Shown here: in pieces, positions 41,114-54,699 of the stretch
How positions within the stretch are numbered: position 1 is the stretch's first letter
How the letters are laid out: each line of letters opens with the position of its first letter
NCBI GenBank assembly: GCA_964016885.1
Contig: OZ024745.1
Span: 94,550,001 to 94,614,000, forward strand
Direction: 5' to 3'
DNA length: 64,000 bases
Source: Eledone cirrhosa
Taxonomy: Eukaryota
The notes under the pieces: model-generated
Told to the model about the DNA's origin: nothing
Seen by the model: the letters and a program-made list of their open reading frames with translations, nothing else
The model's database searches: none
Program-made: the position numbers and the translations under genes

Positions 41114-44100
41114 TTCTTCTGGTTTTATAATTTCACAAATTTTTTCCCAATAGAGAGAGAGAGTCGGTTTCTAACATAGACACAAGACTCTTTCATTGGA
41201 TTTTACACAACATCAACTAGGTAGATTATGTATGCATGCATGTGTAGATATGGATGTTATTGTATGTGGTGTGGATGTGTATGTTTTGAGTTGTATGTGT
41301 GCATGTGTATATGCTTTGTATCTGTACATGTGTATATGCAGTTATTAGATGCAACATTTTTGGAATGTTTTACATATTTTTACTGTTCCATTAATGGATT
41401 GTAGTTTCCTAACTAGTTGTGTTCTTTCTGTTCCTGTGAAGCCTAGCTTCTCAAGATTTGTATTGAGGCAGTTACTAACATATCCCAGTGCCCCAACAAT
41501 CACAGGCATAAATCTGAAGGTGTAATCAGGGTGAAGTATCTGCAGATTTCTCATCAGTTCTGCATAAATGTTCTCCTTTTCGCTAATCTTTTATATTATA
41601 TTGACATCTGCTGGGCAGCTAACTTCCACTACTGTGCATGCTTTCTTCTCCTTGTCCGATATCATAATATCTAGTCTGTTATGTCTGCATTTTATTGGGG
41701 TTTTTACTGGAACATTCCACCAATACTCTTTTATGTACATGGATGTCTTCCACAATGCTGTAGCTTTTAATGTGTTTATTATCGGGGCTATCTTTTTTAC
41801 GAACTGCATTGTACAGTGTTTTGGCCACTACATCATGCCTCATAGGTAGATAGTACCGCGATGACATCTTTGGCCAGTTGCTGATGACATGGGTGATATC
41901 CTCGATTTTAGTTCTACAGAGTCTGCACTTGTTATCACATCTAGATGTTTTGCCTGCATCCCTATCTCTTTTGTGAATCAGGTATTTCCTGTTAATTTCC
42001 TGTTCTTGGATTGCAAAAGCGTATCTTTCAAAGTAGGAGCCAATATAGCGGTTGTTGGTCCAATATAGACTACTTTCCTTATCTAAATTACTCTCACTCT
42101 GGAGCTTCCTGGCAACATATCCATGCATGATTTTTTTGCTGATAAGCATCCAGTTTTTCATCCATGAATTCACTGCGATACTGCTGAGAGACTTCCCTGG
42201 GTGTGAGATTTTGATTATCACACAGGGAATATCTCTCGAGGAGTTCCTTCCTAACTCTCATGATCTTCTCTGTTTCATGCAGATAGACTTGCTCAAGAAA
42301 CGGGCTCCTACGCTTCGAAGGTCGTAGATGTTGTCGGAGAGATATGATGCGACATTCAAATGTTGTCTGGACTGATGTTAGGCCTCTGCCTCCCTGCTTA
42401 CGTTTCAAGTAAAGGCGGTTTATGTCACTGTTGATGTAGAAGTTTCCGGTGTTGTTTAGTATTTTTCGAGTTCCAACATCAACTGCTCGGATTTCGTCTA
42501 TCGTCCAATTGAGTATTCCAAACATTGGTGTTAGGACAGACACACCAAACACATTGTGAGCCACTGTTTTGTTTTGCACAGAGAGTTCCGATGACCAGAT
42601 ATTTCTTAATCGGGTGTAATATTCCCTGGTTACGCGTTCTTTATTACAGATGCCATTATAGGATATGTTCTCATCTATCCCCAGGTATCTGTAGCAGTCC
42701 TCAGATATCGGTGAAACAGTTAGACCATTGATGACAATGTTGTTAGATTGGGTTGTTGTTTTCCCCCGCTTTGCAGTGATATATGAGCATTTATCTTGGA
42801 CAAATTCCATTCCTATATCCTCTGAGCATGTTGTAATCAGGTCAAGATTTTTCTTCATCCCATTCATGTTCTTGGTATAGAGTTTCAGATCGTCCACAAA
42901 GAAATTATGGGTTAGGTTCGTATTTCTGTCCTCCTGTGAACCAATGATGTATCCTTCACATTTCTTGAGCAGAAAGGACAAGGGGTTTAATGACAAGATG
43001 AATAATATCACAGAGAGACTGTCCCCCTGAAATATACCCCTGCAATATTTTATTTTATCAGTGAAAATAGAGTCCTCTTTCTCTGTCTTTAACTTTAGGA
43101 TAGTAGCCCAAGAAGAAGACAGCCTCTCTATGGCTCTGACAATAATGTCTGGGACTTTAGCAAGTTGGAGGGCCTCTATCATCCGAGAGTGGGGAACAGA
43201 ATCGAAAGCTTTCCTGTAGTTCAGCAGACTGTAGCCATATTCCTCCTAAGTTGTCGCACCTCCGACATCGCAGTTTTGTAGATTAGGAGTTGTTCAGCAC
43301 ATCCCCAAACCACTTTCTTTCAGGCTGATTGTTCATCTGTGATGATGTTATTATTTTCACAGTGATCTTGGAGGAATAGGTTCAGGCAGGCTGTATACAT
43401 CTTATACGTCAGGTTCTGGCATGCAATGGGTCGGTAGTTTTTTGCCAAGTGGGTGTCTTTGAGAACCAGTAATGTTTGTGCATACCATTCTGGTATAAGT
43501 GTATCTCCCTTAAGAACTTGTTGGTAGAGGTCAGTAATATACCTCCGATAGAATATCAGTTTTTTGTACCAGTAGCCGAGAATCATGTCTCTTCCTGGTG
43601 TTTTCTTATCTTGGAGTTTTTTACTATCAAAGTTTCAAGGGTGCCCTCACTTGTTCCGTATGTTTTTATTGTAGTGTAGGAGCAATAGCTCTTTCGGATT
43701 TCTCTTAGCCACACTGCATCTTGGTTGAAATTCTTCTTTTCACCCCATATTTTTCTCCAAAAGGAATCTATGTCTTTCTGGGATGGGGCCTCAGTGACAC
43801 TTATTATTTTGTTCTTCGTATCACTATAGACTGATGTTTGGTTTCGTCTGAATCATTTATTAAGCACTTTTCTCTCATCTAACTTCTTTAGGTATCGGCG
43901 TTTTTCGCTAACAGCTCTCAATTCTTGTTTGAGGGTGATCAGCTTATATTGAAGAGTTTTGGTTCTACTGTTACCAAACATCGTCTCTATTTTATTTTTC
44001 ACTCTTTGTTGGTGAGGAGTGAGGTTTTTGTGTGTTTGTTTGCATGTAAGGAACATTGTCACATATCCTATGGTTTTTCGTAGGTCAGCAATCTTTTTTT

Positions 44101-45125
44101 CTATTTTAGTTATATATGATGGTATTTTTGGTGGTGTTCTGTTCTTGTTAATATCTCTGCTATCACCAAGATAATGCTTCACTGACGTTACTAAGGCATA
44201 TAAACAGGCGTTGATTTGCCTAAATGTTGGAGTTTTTATCCGACGTAAATATTCATCCCCTATTTCGTCAATAACACGTAGTATTTCATTATTTGTTTTT
44301 TTTTTTATTGAACATTGTCGTTTTAACACGTTCAGCAAGAGAGTTATTTATACATGAATTAATTTCTCTCTGGAAGATTTCGTTGGGGGAAATTTTCAAT
44401 TGTTTATACTTTTGATTATTATCATTATCGATAGTATTTTCCACAACAGTCGAGGTAGACTCGGTTGGTGTTAAATTTCTTCGATTATTATTATTATTTC
44501 TTCGGTTATTATTATTATCGATAGCGTTTTCCCCAGCATTCGAGGTAGACTTAGATTGTACAGGTGGTGTCAAGTTTTTCAACATGTTTGTTGTGGGGGA
44601 CTTACAATTAATAATATTTATCTTATTTTTACGTTCAACAAACGTCGCTTGTTGGCGTAATTGTTTCGCTTTGAAATAATTTAGCTCTGGGTGCATTTCG
44701 TCTCAGTGTAGCTTCATTCCGTTCATATAGCCAATGGAGAGATTGTTTTTTGCCATTTTATAACAATTAAATAAATCATTATTAAGTTCGCCACTCCATG
44801 AGAAATGCGATTTATAATTTCGGTTTCTTCTGTAGCTACAACTGAATAAAGTTTGTTTATATTTCTTGTTGGTTGTCTTCGGTATTTCCTTAATTTTGTT
44901 GTTGATTTTGTGTTCAGCCATGCTGTTTGTAGTCAAATGAATTATGTATTTAGTCTGATATCTCTACGAATTCGAATAAAAAGTGTCATCAGAAGATATA
45001 GTTAGAAGAATAACCAGTTATTCAATATGACTGTAGTTGTGGCATTACTGTCGGAGATAGTATTCCTCTTAAATTTAATAAATAGTCTCCCACGCCAAAG
45101 TATGCGCTTCATCGCGTTGACTGTA
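41114..45125 (-). mobile_element. Near full-length R4/Dong-clade non-LTR retrotransposon (RT + CCHC + restriction-like endonuclease), disrupted
   Basis: NYRPIAC, GIFQGDSLS, FVDDLKLY, YRYLG, CRLC..HVIS, RHD, RLDI..VEVSCP, PVIVGALG; flanked by (TATG)n. Confidence 0.88.
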
Positions 45126-45128
45126 TAG

Positions 45129-45160
<32 letters not shown>

Positions 45161-45188
45161 TGTATGTATGTATGTATGTATGTATGTC

Positions 45189-45348
45189 AGGTCACCAGTT
45201 GGTGCTACTGGTAACATGTATCCCAGTACAACCTGTCTCATGGTCGGGTCGTTGGCGACTAAACTGGCAACCCCACCAAGGGTTCTTGGTGAGGAGGGTG
45301 ACTGGACATCCTGCAGGACTAAAAACAAAACCTGTCAAAGGGCAAAGG
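45189..45348 (+). mobile_element. 5' part of the bipartite RTE element, truncated by a PLE
   Basis: Matches 39228-39390 up to gggcaaagg. Confidence 0.8.
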
Positions 45349-47193
45349 GACCACCAACACGGCCAGTCTGTGGAGCTAACATTGCTAGTAACTACAGACT
45401 GTCCTACTTCCTCTCCCTGATCATACGCCCCATCATTGAAATGTCCCCAGATGTATGTGACAGCACGGAGGACCTCCTCAACAGAATCGGCGTGAGTAAC
45501 CGATCTAGGGACCTAACAAACTGCATAATAGGTAGTATGGATGTTGTGTCCCTGTATCCATCTATTGACGTGGATTTTGCCGTGGAGAAATGCGTAGAAA
45601 TGATCAGTGAGAGCAATGTTGAGTTCCGTGGGATTGATACCAGTGAGCTGGAACTCCTACTTAAACTTACCTATAGTAATAATTACCTAGACACATATGA
45701 CCTTAGCAACCTGTGCCCTACAAGACCAGCAAGAGGCAGACCACCTACCATTACCTCAATGGCCAAGAAAACCCACACAGATAGATGGAACGGGTGGACC
45801 AGAGCCATACGGACACCCGAAAACCACGATGAACTGAAGAAAATGATTGCACATGCGGTAGGGGCCAGCATAAAACTAACCCTTAAGGAACATATGTTCA
45901 AATTTAATGGAAAAACATATGCCCAAGGGGAAGGAGCAGCCATTGGTGTTAGCATTGCAGGCGACATAGCTAACTTATTCATGGTATGGTGGGACAGTAG
46001 ACTTAAACTTAAACTTAAAGAACAATTAGAAGACCCTCTTAACCCTGATAATGTACTCCCACTACGTTGATGATATAAACATCGTAGTTAAGACACCCCC
46101 ACTACAGAACAGTCAGGAACTAGAGAAAAACACAATGGAAAGCATCCAGCAAATAGCTAACTCCATCCACCAGAGCATTAGAGTTACTATAGACTACCCA
46201 AGTAAACACCCCAACCATCGATTACCTGTACTAGACACAGAGCTCTGGTTAGATACCATTAATAACAAAAAACAAATCCTCCATTCCCATTATGCCAAAC
46301 CCATGACGTCCAAACATCTGATCCACCGAAACTCGGCCGTTTCGGACCATACCAAAATCAACATACTGATTGCGGATTTGGTACGGGTGATGAGAAACGT
46401 GTCCCGCATGTGCAACCCCGAAGAACTAGAGAGACACATACAACACTTCATCCACCGTATGCAGTTCTCTGCCTACAATCAGAGAGATAAAATCAGAGTG
46501 TATAGAGGAGCCAGAACTAAATGGGAAAAAATGGTAAATAATGACATAAATGGGACCTGCCCCTTGTATAGGAGCAAATTTTGGAATAGAATAAAAAGAA
46601 CTAAGAACAAGGCTAATAGAATAAACTCATGGTATGATAGCAATAAATACCAGAGTGTAATGTTCATCGATAAAACCCCTAGAGGTGAATTAGCTTACAA
46701 ATTTAGAAGGGTCCTAAATAAACATAAACTCAATATTAAGATAGTAGAAAGACCAGGTACCTCCGTAAAAACACTTATTAGCAAGACACACCCTTTTCAA
46801 AGACCCTCATGTATAGATCAGAAATGTATAACCTGTAAAATAAGCCCCCATATTAACTGTAAAACTACAAATGTAGTGTATAGCATAAGATGTACTGAAG
46901 GACAATGTAGAGACAAAAATATAGTGTACATAGGTGAGACAGCTCGTAGTGTAGGGGAACGGATAAATGAACACTGGCGAGACCTTCAAGATAGTAAAGA
47001 ATCATCTGTACTCTACCAACATGCTAAAATAGAACACAAGGGTAAATTAGAGAACATAGAAATAAAAATAGAATCTACACACATAAATGACGCAATGTTT
47101 AGACAAATTACAGAGGCAATAAACATAAAAGAATTACAACCAAAATTAAATAGAAAATATGAGTGGAACAGCAACATCACAACTTACAATTAA
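45349..47193 (+). pseudogene. 5'-truncated Penelope-like RT + GIY-YIG (non-Naiad clade; one frameshift at ~46050)
   Basis: RPVCGA, SMDVVSLYPSI, QGEGAAIG, YVDDI, LPVLD, CITC..C..NVVYSIRC..YIGETAR..R..EH, EA..I..P.LN. Confidence 0.9.
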
Positions 47194-47394
47194 GGACAAA
47201 ATGAAAACACACACACACATAGAACAAACAACTAACCAGTAACATGTAAATAAACAAATAAATAAATGAACATAAACACACACAGACACCCGGATGTGGC
47301 GCATGCGCAGACTGAGCACACAACACACACACAGAAACAAAATGGCGTAGGACAGAACAAAGGAGAGGCACAGAAACAAAGAAAGGAATCCCCA

Positions 47395-47437
47395 GTCACT
47401 GAAGAGGTCACAGAGTGTGTGACGAAAGAACTATGAC
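47395..47437 (+). ncRNA. Minimal hammerhead ribozyme in the PLE 3' pseudo-LTR
   Basis: GTCA-CTGAAGA-g-GTCACA gagtg TGTGAC-GAAA-GAAC-TA-TGAC, ~200 nt after the stop codon. Confidence 0.75.
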
Positions 47438-48339
47438 AATATATAAACAACTATCTGGTTGTGGAACCAACCAACCAACCAGAAATTTATAAATTTATAA
47501 ATTTATTATAAATTTATTATAATAAATTGAAGTGAAAGCAACTGGTGCGTGTGTTTCTTATTGGCAACATGACCCTCCCAAAGTATAACAATATCGGTTT
47601 CAACAAGCGATTTCAGATAAAGAATCTTGCTAAACAAATTCAGAAACGAAATATATATATATATATATGTATGTATATGTGTGTATATACATCACTCAGT
47701 CAAACGACCAGATTTCAACTCCAACATCTACAACACCGGCACTAATGTTTACAGCAGCAACAGCTTCAGAATGAATTGAAATGAACATTTACAACAACAA
47801 CCGCGGCATCAAACGATTGAAAAAACCCCCCAAAAAACCCCTCCAAATAACAAAACACACACACACACACGCACACAACACAACAACATCAACTGCCACC
47901 ACCACCACCACCGCCGCCATCACCATCACCAGCGACCGGGCCTTAAGAAAACAACAACTTTAATAAAAATAATTTTTCTGCTTTTGGCACGGATCCAGCG
48001 ACTGGTCCAGCGCATTACTGGTACTCTCTTTTGTTGACTTCATGGGGATGAAAGGCAAGGCTGACCTCGGCGGGATTTGAGCTCAGAGCGTGGAGAGCCA
48101 TAGCTCTATACTGTAACACGAACGGCTTCAACTATACGAACTCTTGAAAGTCAACAGTTGACATAATCTTGTAATCTTGTATCAGTCAGTAATGACGTTA
48201 ATATATATATATATATATATGTGTGTAAGTGAGTAGCGCGTGTGTTTTGTTTGTATGTATGAGTGTTGGTGTGTGCGCGCGTATGTACGCATGTGTGTAT
48301 GTCGTACATATAAGTGTCAATAAGTGAGTTTCTTTTTTT

Positions 48340-48650
48340 TTTGCGCGGGGACATAGAAATAATCGGGCTGGATGCCCGATCGCGCAGTTAAACCACTGGG
48401 AGTGAAGAACCCCTAGCCCTTATCAAGGCATTCTTCTAGGAGAAGGCATCTCAGGAAACTGGGTTAACTCCGACATAAAACCTGCGCCTCAGTAGTTACC
48501 GATGATATTGATCTTTTCTTCTTTTCGGGTTATAGCTACTGTCGCTCAGAGAATGGGATTAGCTCAGTGCACAGTCTTTCCCCACTTTAAAAATATTCGT
48601 CACGCACGGGCATTGCTCGATTGCATTAATTAATAATTATTAATAGTGTA
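48340..48650 (+). mobile_element. 5'UTR of the RTE at 54700-58421, separated from it by a nested LINE
   Basis: Homologous to the middle of the bipartite elements; ends in (TTA)n that resumes at 54567. Confidence 0.6.
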
Positions 48651-48667
48651 TTATTATTATTATTATT

Positions 48668-51600
48668 GGTCTAAGCGGACGTATTTTGCTCGCTCCCAGT
48701 AAGTCGCTTTATTTGCCTGTTAAAATTATTTGTTGTTAAATATTTCTTGTTGTGTAAGGGATATAAGCCCTTAGACTTTGCCCTGTGAAGGGGAAAGTAT
48801 AATATTTGGACCTTTTGGCCCAAATATTTGAATTTTTTTTACATGTTGAAACATTTACGGGAAAAAAACATGGCTGAGCCACGTCCCCCAGCGATATGTC
48901 TGCTGTCGTGCGACAACGACGTGGAAGTTGAGAGAAGCGCTACAGCGAAATTAACACAAATTAATAACACAAACAATGTAAACAAAGACACCAATGATAC
49001 CAATGAGAACTCTAATTTTGAAAAAAATGACAGTAACAGCACAACGAAAATACGAATAACAAAAAAAACCCCAAAAAAACAACAATATCAACACCACTAA
49101 CATGAAAACAAATAGCGACAACACCAACAGCAACAATACCAACTGCACCGAGAACAACGGTGGCAACAAAGACAACAATGATAACAGCGACAGTGCTAAC
49201 AACAACACCAACAAGAACAACGACAACGACCACAACACCCCAACGAAAACAAGAAGAACACTTTCTCTGCGGCAGCAGCAAAAAAGAGGCCATGCTTCAA
49301 CATGGACCTCTCAAACAAAGATGAAAAGTTGGCCCAGGCATGGAAGCTCATCAAGCAAGAGCAAACCTGGGCCAACTTAACTGTCCCGGTAGAAGCTATT
49401 GAGCCAGTGGAGCGCAGAACGGTGCATTATAGATGCATCTCAGCACAAACCCAAAGGGAAGCTTTAATCCCACAAGAAGATGTCGAAGTCTCGCTGAGGT
49501 GCATCAGAGAAGATACCAAATACATAGAGAGGGGCAGACAGTACGGCACCAGACAGTAAGCCCTCGCTATGAAACACGCTATAACTCCTTGCAAAACCAG
49601 CAAGGTCATAATGTACCCCTCCCACGTGGGAAAAAGAACGGCCCGTCTCCGCATTCCCAGAATCCCACCAGGACTTCACATGTGGTGGCTTCTGGGATGT
49701 GTGATTGTGGAGGGGACGGATACCGTCCCTATAAAAGTGACCAGAACGGCCAGAGAGGACTGGTCCGGGGTTGACTTGGAGATTCTTCTCCAGACCAGGC
49801 CCGAGAATGTGAAGACAATCCCGGACCACATCCGCCTTCAGAATGAGACGGTCATTCACATTAGGACCGAAGGCAAAAGGCCGCAGTGTTTTGTTTGTGG
49901 GCAAAAACCCATTTGCGAGCCTTCTGCCCTCAACTGCTGAAAGAGGCAAGGGGTCGAAAGGCTCCACTGCTGCCGACGCCGGGGCGAGGACCACAACCAA
50001 CAACAGCTCAGGCAAAACCACCAACAACAACACCAATAGAAAGACCACCACCAACATTGACCACCCAGGGGGAAAAGAGGAAAGCTGTCAAATTCCCCCT
50101 CCCCCCAAAGATACACACACCAATAAAACCATAAACATACATACAGACACACTTACAGACACAAACCCCTCATCTACCAGTAGTGAAGATGAGGGAAAAC
50201 CAAAATCCCCCAAAATACAAAAAAGGAAACACAAAATGAAAAAAAAACTCAACAAAGCACAAAATCACCCACAATAAAAAATGCAGACACCACCCACGCA
50301 AACATCTCTCCAATAACACCAGCATCAACACCACCATCACCATCACCAGAATCCCCCAAACGCAAACAACCTAAACAGACGCAAGAACAAATATACACAC
50401 AAACATCTGAAACCACAGACACCGCACTCACAACAAACACAGATACAACCGAAACAACACCACCAAAACCATCACCACCACAGCCACGCAAAGAAATAAA
50501 ATCACACCAACAAAACATACAAAACTTCGTGCTCGTCAGGAGGGCCAACAAGGAACTGATGGCCCTCGTAGCACGAAGTGAAAATATACAAAAAGAGGGG
50601 GACATTTTTAAATCGAACACATTTCGCGTGCCGGAAGATTTGGTTCTGGTGCGAATGTCGCTCGATATATTCAAAGAAATACGAGACAGCTTTCCACCGG
50701 ACATGGGAACCCCGAACGTAAAACACACTTCAAGACTTTTAAAGGGGTTCCCAAAAGAAACCCCACCAACTATGGAGGTCGAACAACCCGACCTTCACAA
50801 GAGTCCGGAAGGTAAGTAAAGCTTCCTCTCTCTCTTTTTAACCTGCCAACATGGCCGTATTAAGAGTAGGATGTTTAAATGTTCGAGGCCTGGGATCGTC
50901 CTGGAAGCACGGTCACCTGCTCAACGACCTCAGGTCTATAGAAATGGATGTAATTGCCGTCAGCGAGACCAGGATTTCCGACACGCGCGCACTAGCCCCC
51001 ATTTTCGACGACTATCATATCTTTGCATCTGTTAGCCGGTCGGGAATGGGAGGTGGGTGGCAGTGCTGTTTAGGAAAGGCCTGGATCTCGAGGTAAGGTC
51101 GATCTTCCGGAACCCGGATGGGAAGTTGGTCGTCCTGGACGTGAACAATAACGAAGGTGGTGCCTTTAGACTGGTGGCCGTCTATGCTCTTACTGGGGCA
51201 GGACGACCGGACTTCTTTAGACGCCTGGAAGCCTTTCTGGGTACGTCTCGCCCTTTACTGTTAGCGGGGGACTGGAACGGCATCTTAGACGCACGCTGGG
51301 ACTGTGTGGAAGTATCCGATAGGAGCGGGGGTTGCAAAAGCCTCAAGAACCTGATCAGCCAGTTCCAACTGTCTGATAGGTACCGACTAGATTTCCCTAA
51401 TGCGCCAGTGTGGACCTGGGCTAACCGCATAGGGTCATCTACATCGTATATAGACAGGATATTCATTAGGAAAATAGACAGAAATAGTGTAAGCTGTCCA
51501 CGTTTTGAAACGGTCGCCTATTCAGATCACAAGTTTGTGATCTCTATGGTCGACCTAGATAAGACGCGTAGGCTAGGACCTGGTTACTGGAAACTAAACA

Positions 51601-54564
51601 TGTCATTTCTGGCACGTAAAGCTTACAGGGACCAGGTCAACAATTTAGTTAAGAAAAAGTTGACAGGGGGGGGGGGTCATCAACAATAGATGGTGGTGGT
51701 GGTGGGGGGGGGGGGGCTCTCAAAAGAGAGATTAGAGTAATGTCGATAGAGTTTAGCAAAGAAGTAGCGTTAGAGAAAAATAGAAAGGAGGGGGAGTTGG
51801 TAGATAAGTTAGACGAGGTTATTGGTAGTGGCATTGCAACTGACGTGCTAGCGGCGAGAATGGCATTAGACCATTTCTTCAATGCGAAACACGAAGGTTG
51901 CATTGTCAGAGCTAAGGCGCGTGCTCTGAGAAACGAGGGAACCAAAGCTGTTCGATGGTCCCGCGTGGCAGAGGCGCAGCGTGGTAATAAAATCACGATT
52001 CGGTCTTTGACGGACCGAGACGGGCACGAGCTGAGCGATTCCAAGAGGATGTGTGAGGCCTTTCGCCAACATTTTGCTCGGTTGTTCGGGGGAAGTGGCG
52101 GGTCAGAGATGGTGGCGGATTTCAGCCCCTACCTCGATGGCTTGCTGCAACTTTCGACGGCTGACGCTGGGCGCTGCGAAAGGCCAATTACTTCAACCGA
52201 GATTCAGGATGCCTTTGTCGGCTGCATGAGGCGCAAGTCACCCAGTTTGGATGGTCTGCCCTACGAGCTTTACGTAAATATGCCAGACTTGTACTCCAAT
52301 CTCCTCGAAGCTCTCTACTGCATCTGGCAGCAACACGGGAGTATTCCCAGTTCTGTGAGCCGGGGCGTAGTGACGCTGATAAGGAAAGATGAGAACAAGA
52401 GGGACACATTAGACAATTTCAGGCCCATAACTCTGCTCAACACAGAGTTTAAGATTTTGGCCAGGGTGTTAGCGAAGAGGTTGGCGCTTGTCGTCGGGGA
52501 TTTGGTTGGGGAGGCGCAAACTTGCGCAATCCCAACCAGGTCCATACACGACAACCTCCAGCTAATGCGATACATCATAGAGAGGGTAGGGTGTAAACCT
52601 GGCTTCGGTGGGGCTCCAATCAATTTAGATCATTCGAAAGCATTTGATAGGGTTGACCATCGGTACCTGGAGGCTGTCCTCAAGGCGGCTGGCTTCGGTC
52701 CCGTCTTCAGAAGCTGGATCGCTGCAATGCACAGCAGCACCTGCTCGATGGTCAAAATTAATGGCCACCTCTCGGAACCGTTTCAGGTCTCCCGATCAGT
52801 CCGTCAAGGGTGCCCTCTCTCCTCCATTCTGTACGTATTGACTCTCGAGCCTTTACTGCGGAAGCTGGAGCTGTTGCAGGGCATCCCGCTCGAACCGGGA
52901 CGCGGAAAGGCTGGGTCAGCTTATGCGGACGACATCACCGTGATGGTGTCGGACACCTCAGAAATCGAGGTGGTCGGCAACTTATTGGAGGAATATGAAA
53001 GGTTGACGGGAGCAAAACTTAACCCGGAAAAGTCGGTGGGCTTGCAACCCGGCACCTGGAGAGGCAAGTCCATGCCGTCCAACAGCGTCGTTAGGCACTA
53101 GACGGATGGACCGGTAAAGTTGCTAGGGTTTGGTTCGGGCCAGACCTCCAGGTGGATAAGAATTGGGACGAGGTGACGGGCAGGGTAGCCAGTCTCACCC
53201 AGAAATGGGCTGGGATGAAGCTATCACTGAAAGGTCGGGCGGAGGTGGCGAACGCGTACATCGCGTCCGTCATCTACTACCGTCTGACCGTCGTCCCTTG
53301 CCCCCGTTTGCGCCTCGCCATCTTGGAGCGGCTCCTCTTCAATTCTTGTGAAGGGGTCATGTTCCGCTGGCGAGGCGGTCCAGCTGCTGCCAGCACCCTC
53401 TACGTGGAGGGCTGGTCATGCCGAGGCTAATGATGCGCAGGCACGCGCTGAGGCTGTGGTATCTCCAGATATTCTGCCTAAACGGTGAACAGGTGTGGTC
53501 GCTGTTTGTCAGACGGGCCATTCTGCAGCTCGTTTCTTTGACTGAGCTGCAGTCCTGGGTCAAGAAGAGAACGAGACTGGGTGACTGGCATCTGGAATGT
53601 TGCCAGGCACTCACTGCCCTCTACCAGGCGGGCAATCCGGTCAGTGGAACTTCCACTCTCGAGTTCTATAGAGGTTTAGTGGTGGGCAAGTGCGACGACG
53701 CACTCGGAGAGGCTCTGGGAGTCAACGAAGTCGAACTAACCAGTCTGTACCGGAGGACTTTCGAGCCGGGGACGATGGATAATTTCCAAAAATCCCTCGC
53801 TTGGCAGTGCTACCGGGGGGCACTGCCGGTTCGAGATAAACTCTACAGGCACGGAAGTGCTGTCAGACGGACATGCCCGAGATGCGCGCAGAGCGACGAA
53901 ACCGTTCTGCACGCACTCGTCCAGTGTCCGTGCATTACTGACTTGTGGCGTTATGTTGAACAGCTGTTGCCGCGTGTAAAACGGATCCGGCTATCGGCCG
54001 AGTCCATAGTGAAGATCGACCGCCGCCCACTTTTGGCCAGGAAGGGCAGGCAATTTTCCTCTGTCTGGTGGCAGTAGCGAAAGAGGTTGTATGGTGGACG
54101 AGGTTGAAAGGACTGAAGACAGACGCTTTTCTCTTCGGCCAATCCCTCATCAACTTTTTCAAGTTTCACTTGGAAAGGAAGGTTAGGGTGGAGAGAGAAG
54201 TGCTGTCCCCCAGTACATTTGCTGAAAGGTGGGTGAATGTGGCGAGAATGGCCCGTGTGAGTGGGCCTACTCTGGTTATGCGGCTGTAGGTAGGTAAATT
54301 TGAGGAGGAGAGGGGTGCCCTTCCACGGTGCTCTCGAAGCGTCGGGTAGTTCAGCACTGGTGGGGTACCTGAGCGAACCCTAGGTGGTCAACCCCCCTAT
54401 TGGGGAATTTTTTCTTGTAATTTTCTTGTTACTTTATTGTTACTTTGTTATTGTTACTTTGTTATTGTTATTCATATTGTTTACTCGATTTTTCTGTAAA
54501 ACTCCACTGTCCCAGTCTTTTGTATTGTCCCCTATATGTCGGCCCTTGTGGCCAATAAAGGAAA

Positions 54565-54566
<2 letters not shown>
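48668..54566 (+). mobile_element. Full-length Tx1/L1-like LINE (ORF1; ORF2 APE-RT-Cys-rich), disrupted
   Basis: GCLNVRGL, SET, AGDWN, YIDR, SDH, PGYWKLN, FRPITLLN, SKAFDRVDH, RQGCPLS, YADD, CPRC..ETVLHALVQC; AATAAA then (ATT)n. Confidence 0.92.
50851..54289 (+). pseudogene. Tx1/L1-like ORF2 (APE + RT)
   Basis: ORF pieces 50851..51096, 51057..51689, 51740..53101, 53152..53430, 53418..54077, 54068..54289. Confidence 0.9.
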
Positions 54567-54599
<33 letters not shown>

Positions 54600-54699
54600 G
54601 TTACTATTATTATTACGTTTTTTTTTTTTCCCAATTCAATGATGTTCCAGAACAATATAAAATAGATAATTGGCAATTTAGGTTCTGGAACAAAAAAGA

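Noticed and set aside
45132-45348. N-terminal extension of the 312-aa ORF
   Set aside because: Chance read-through from a microsatellite and SINE into the truncated PLE RT.
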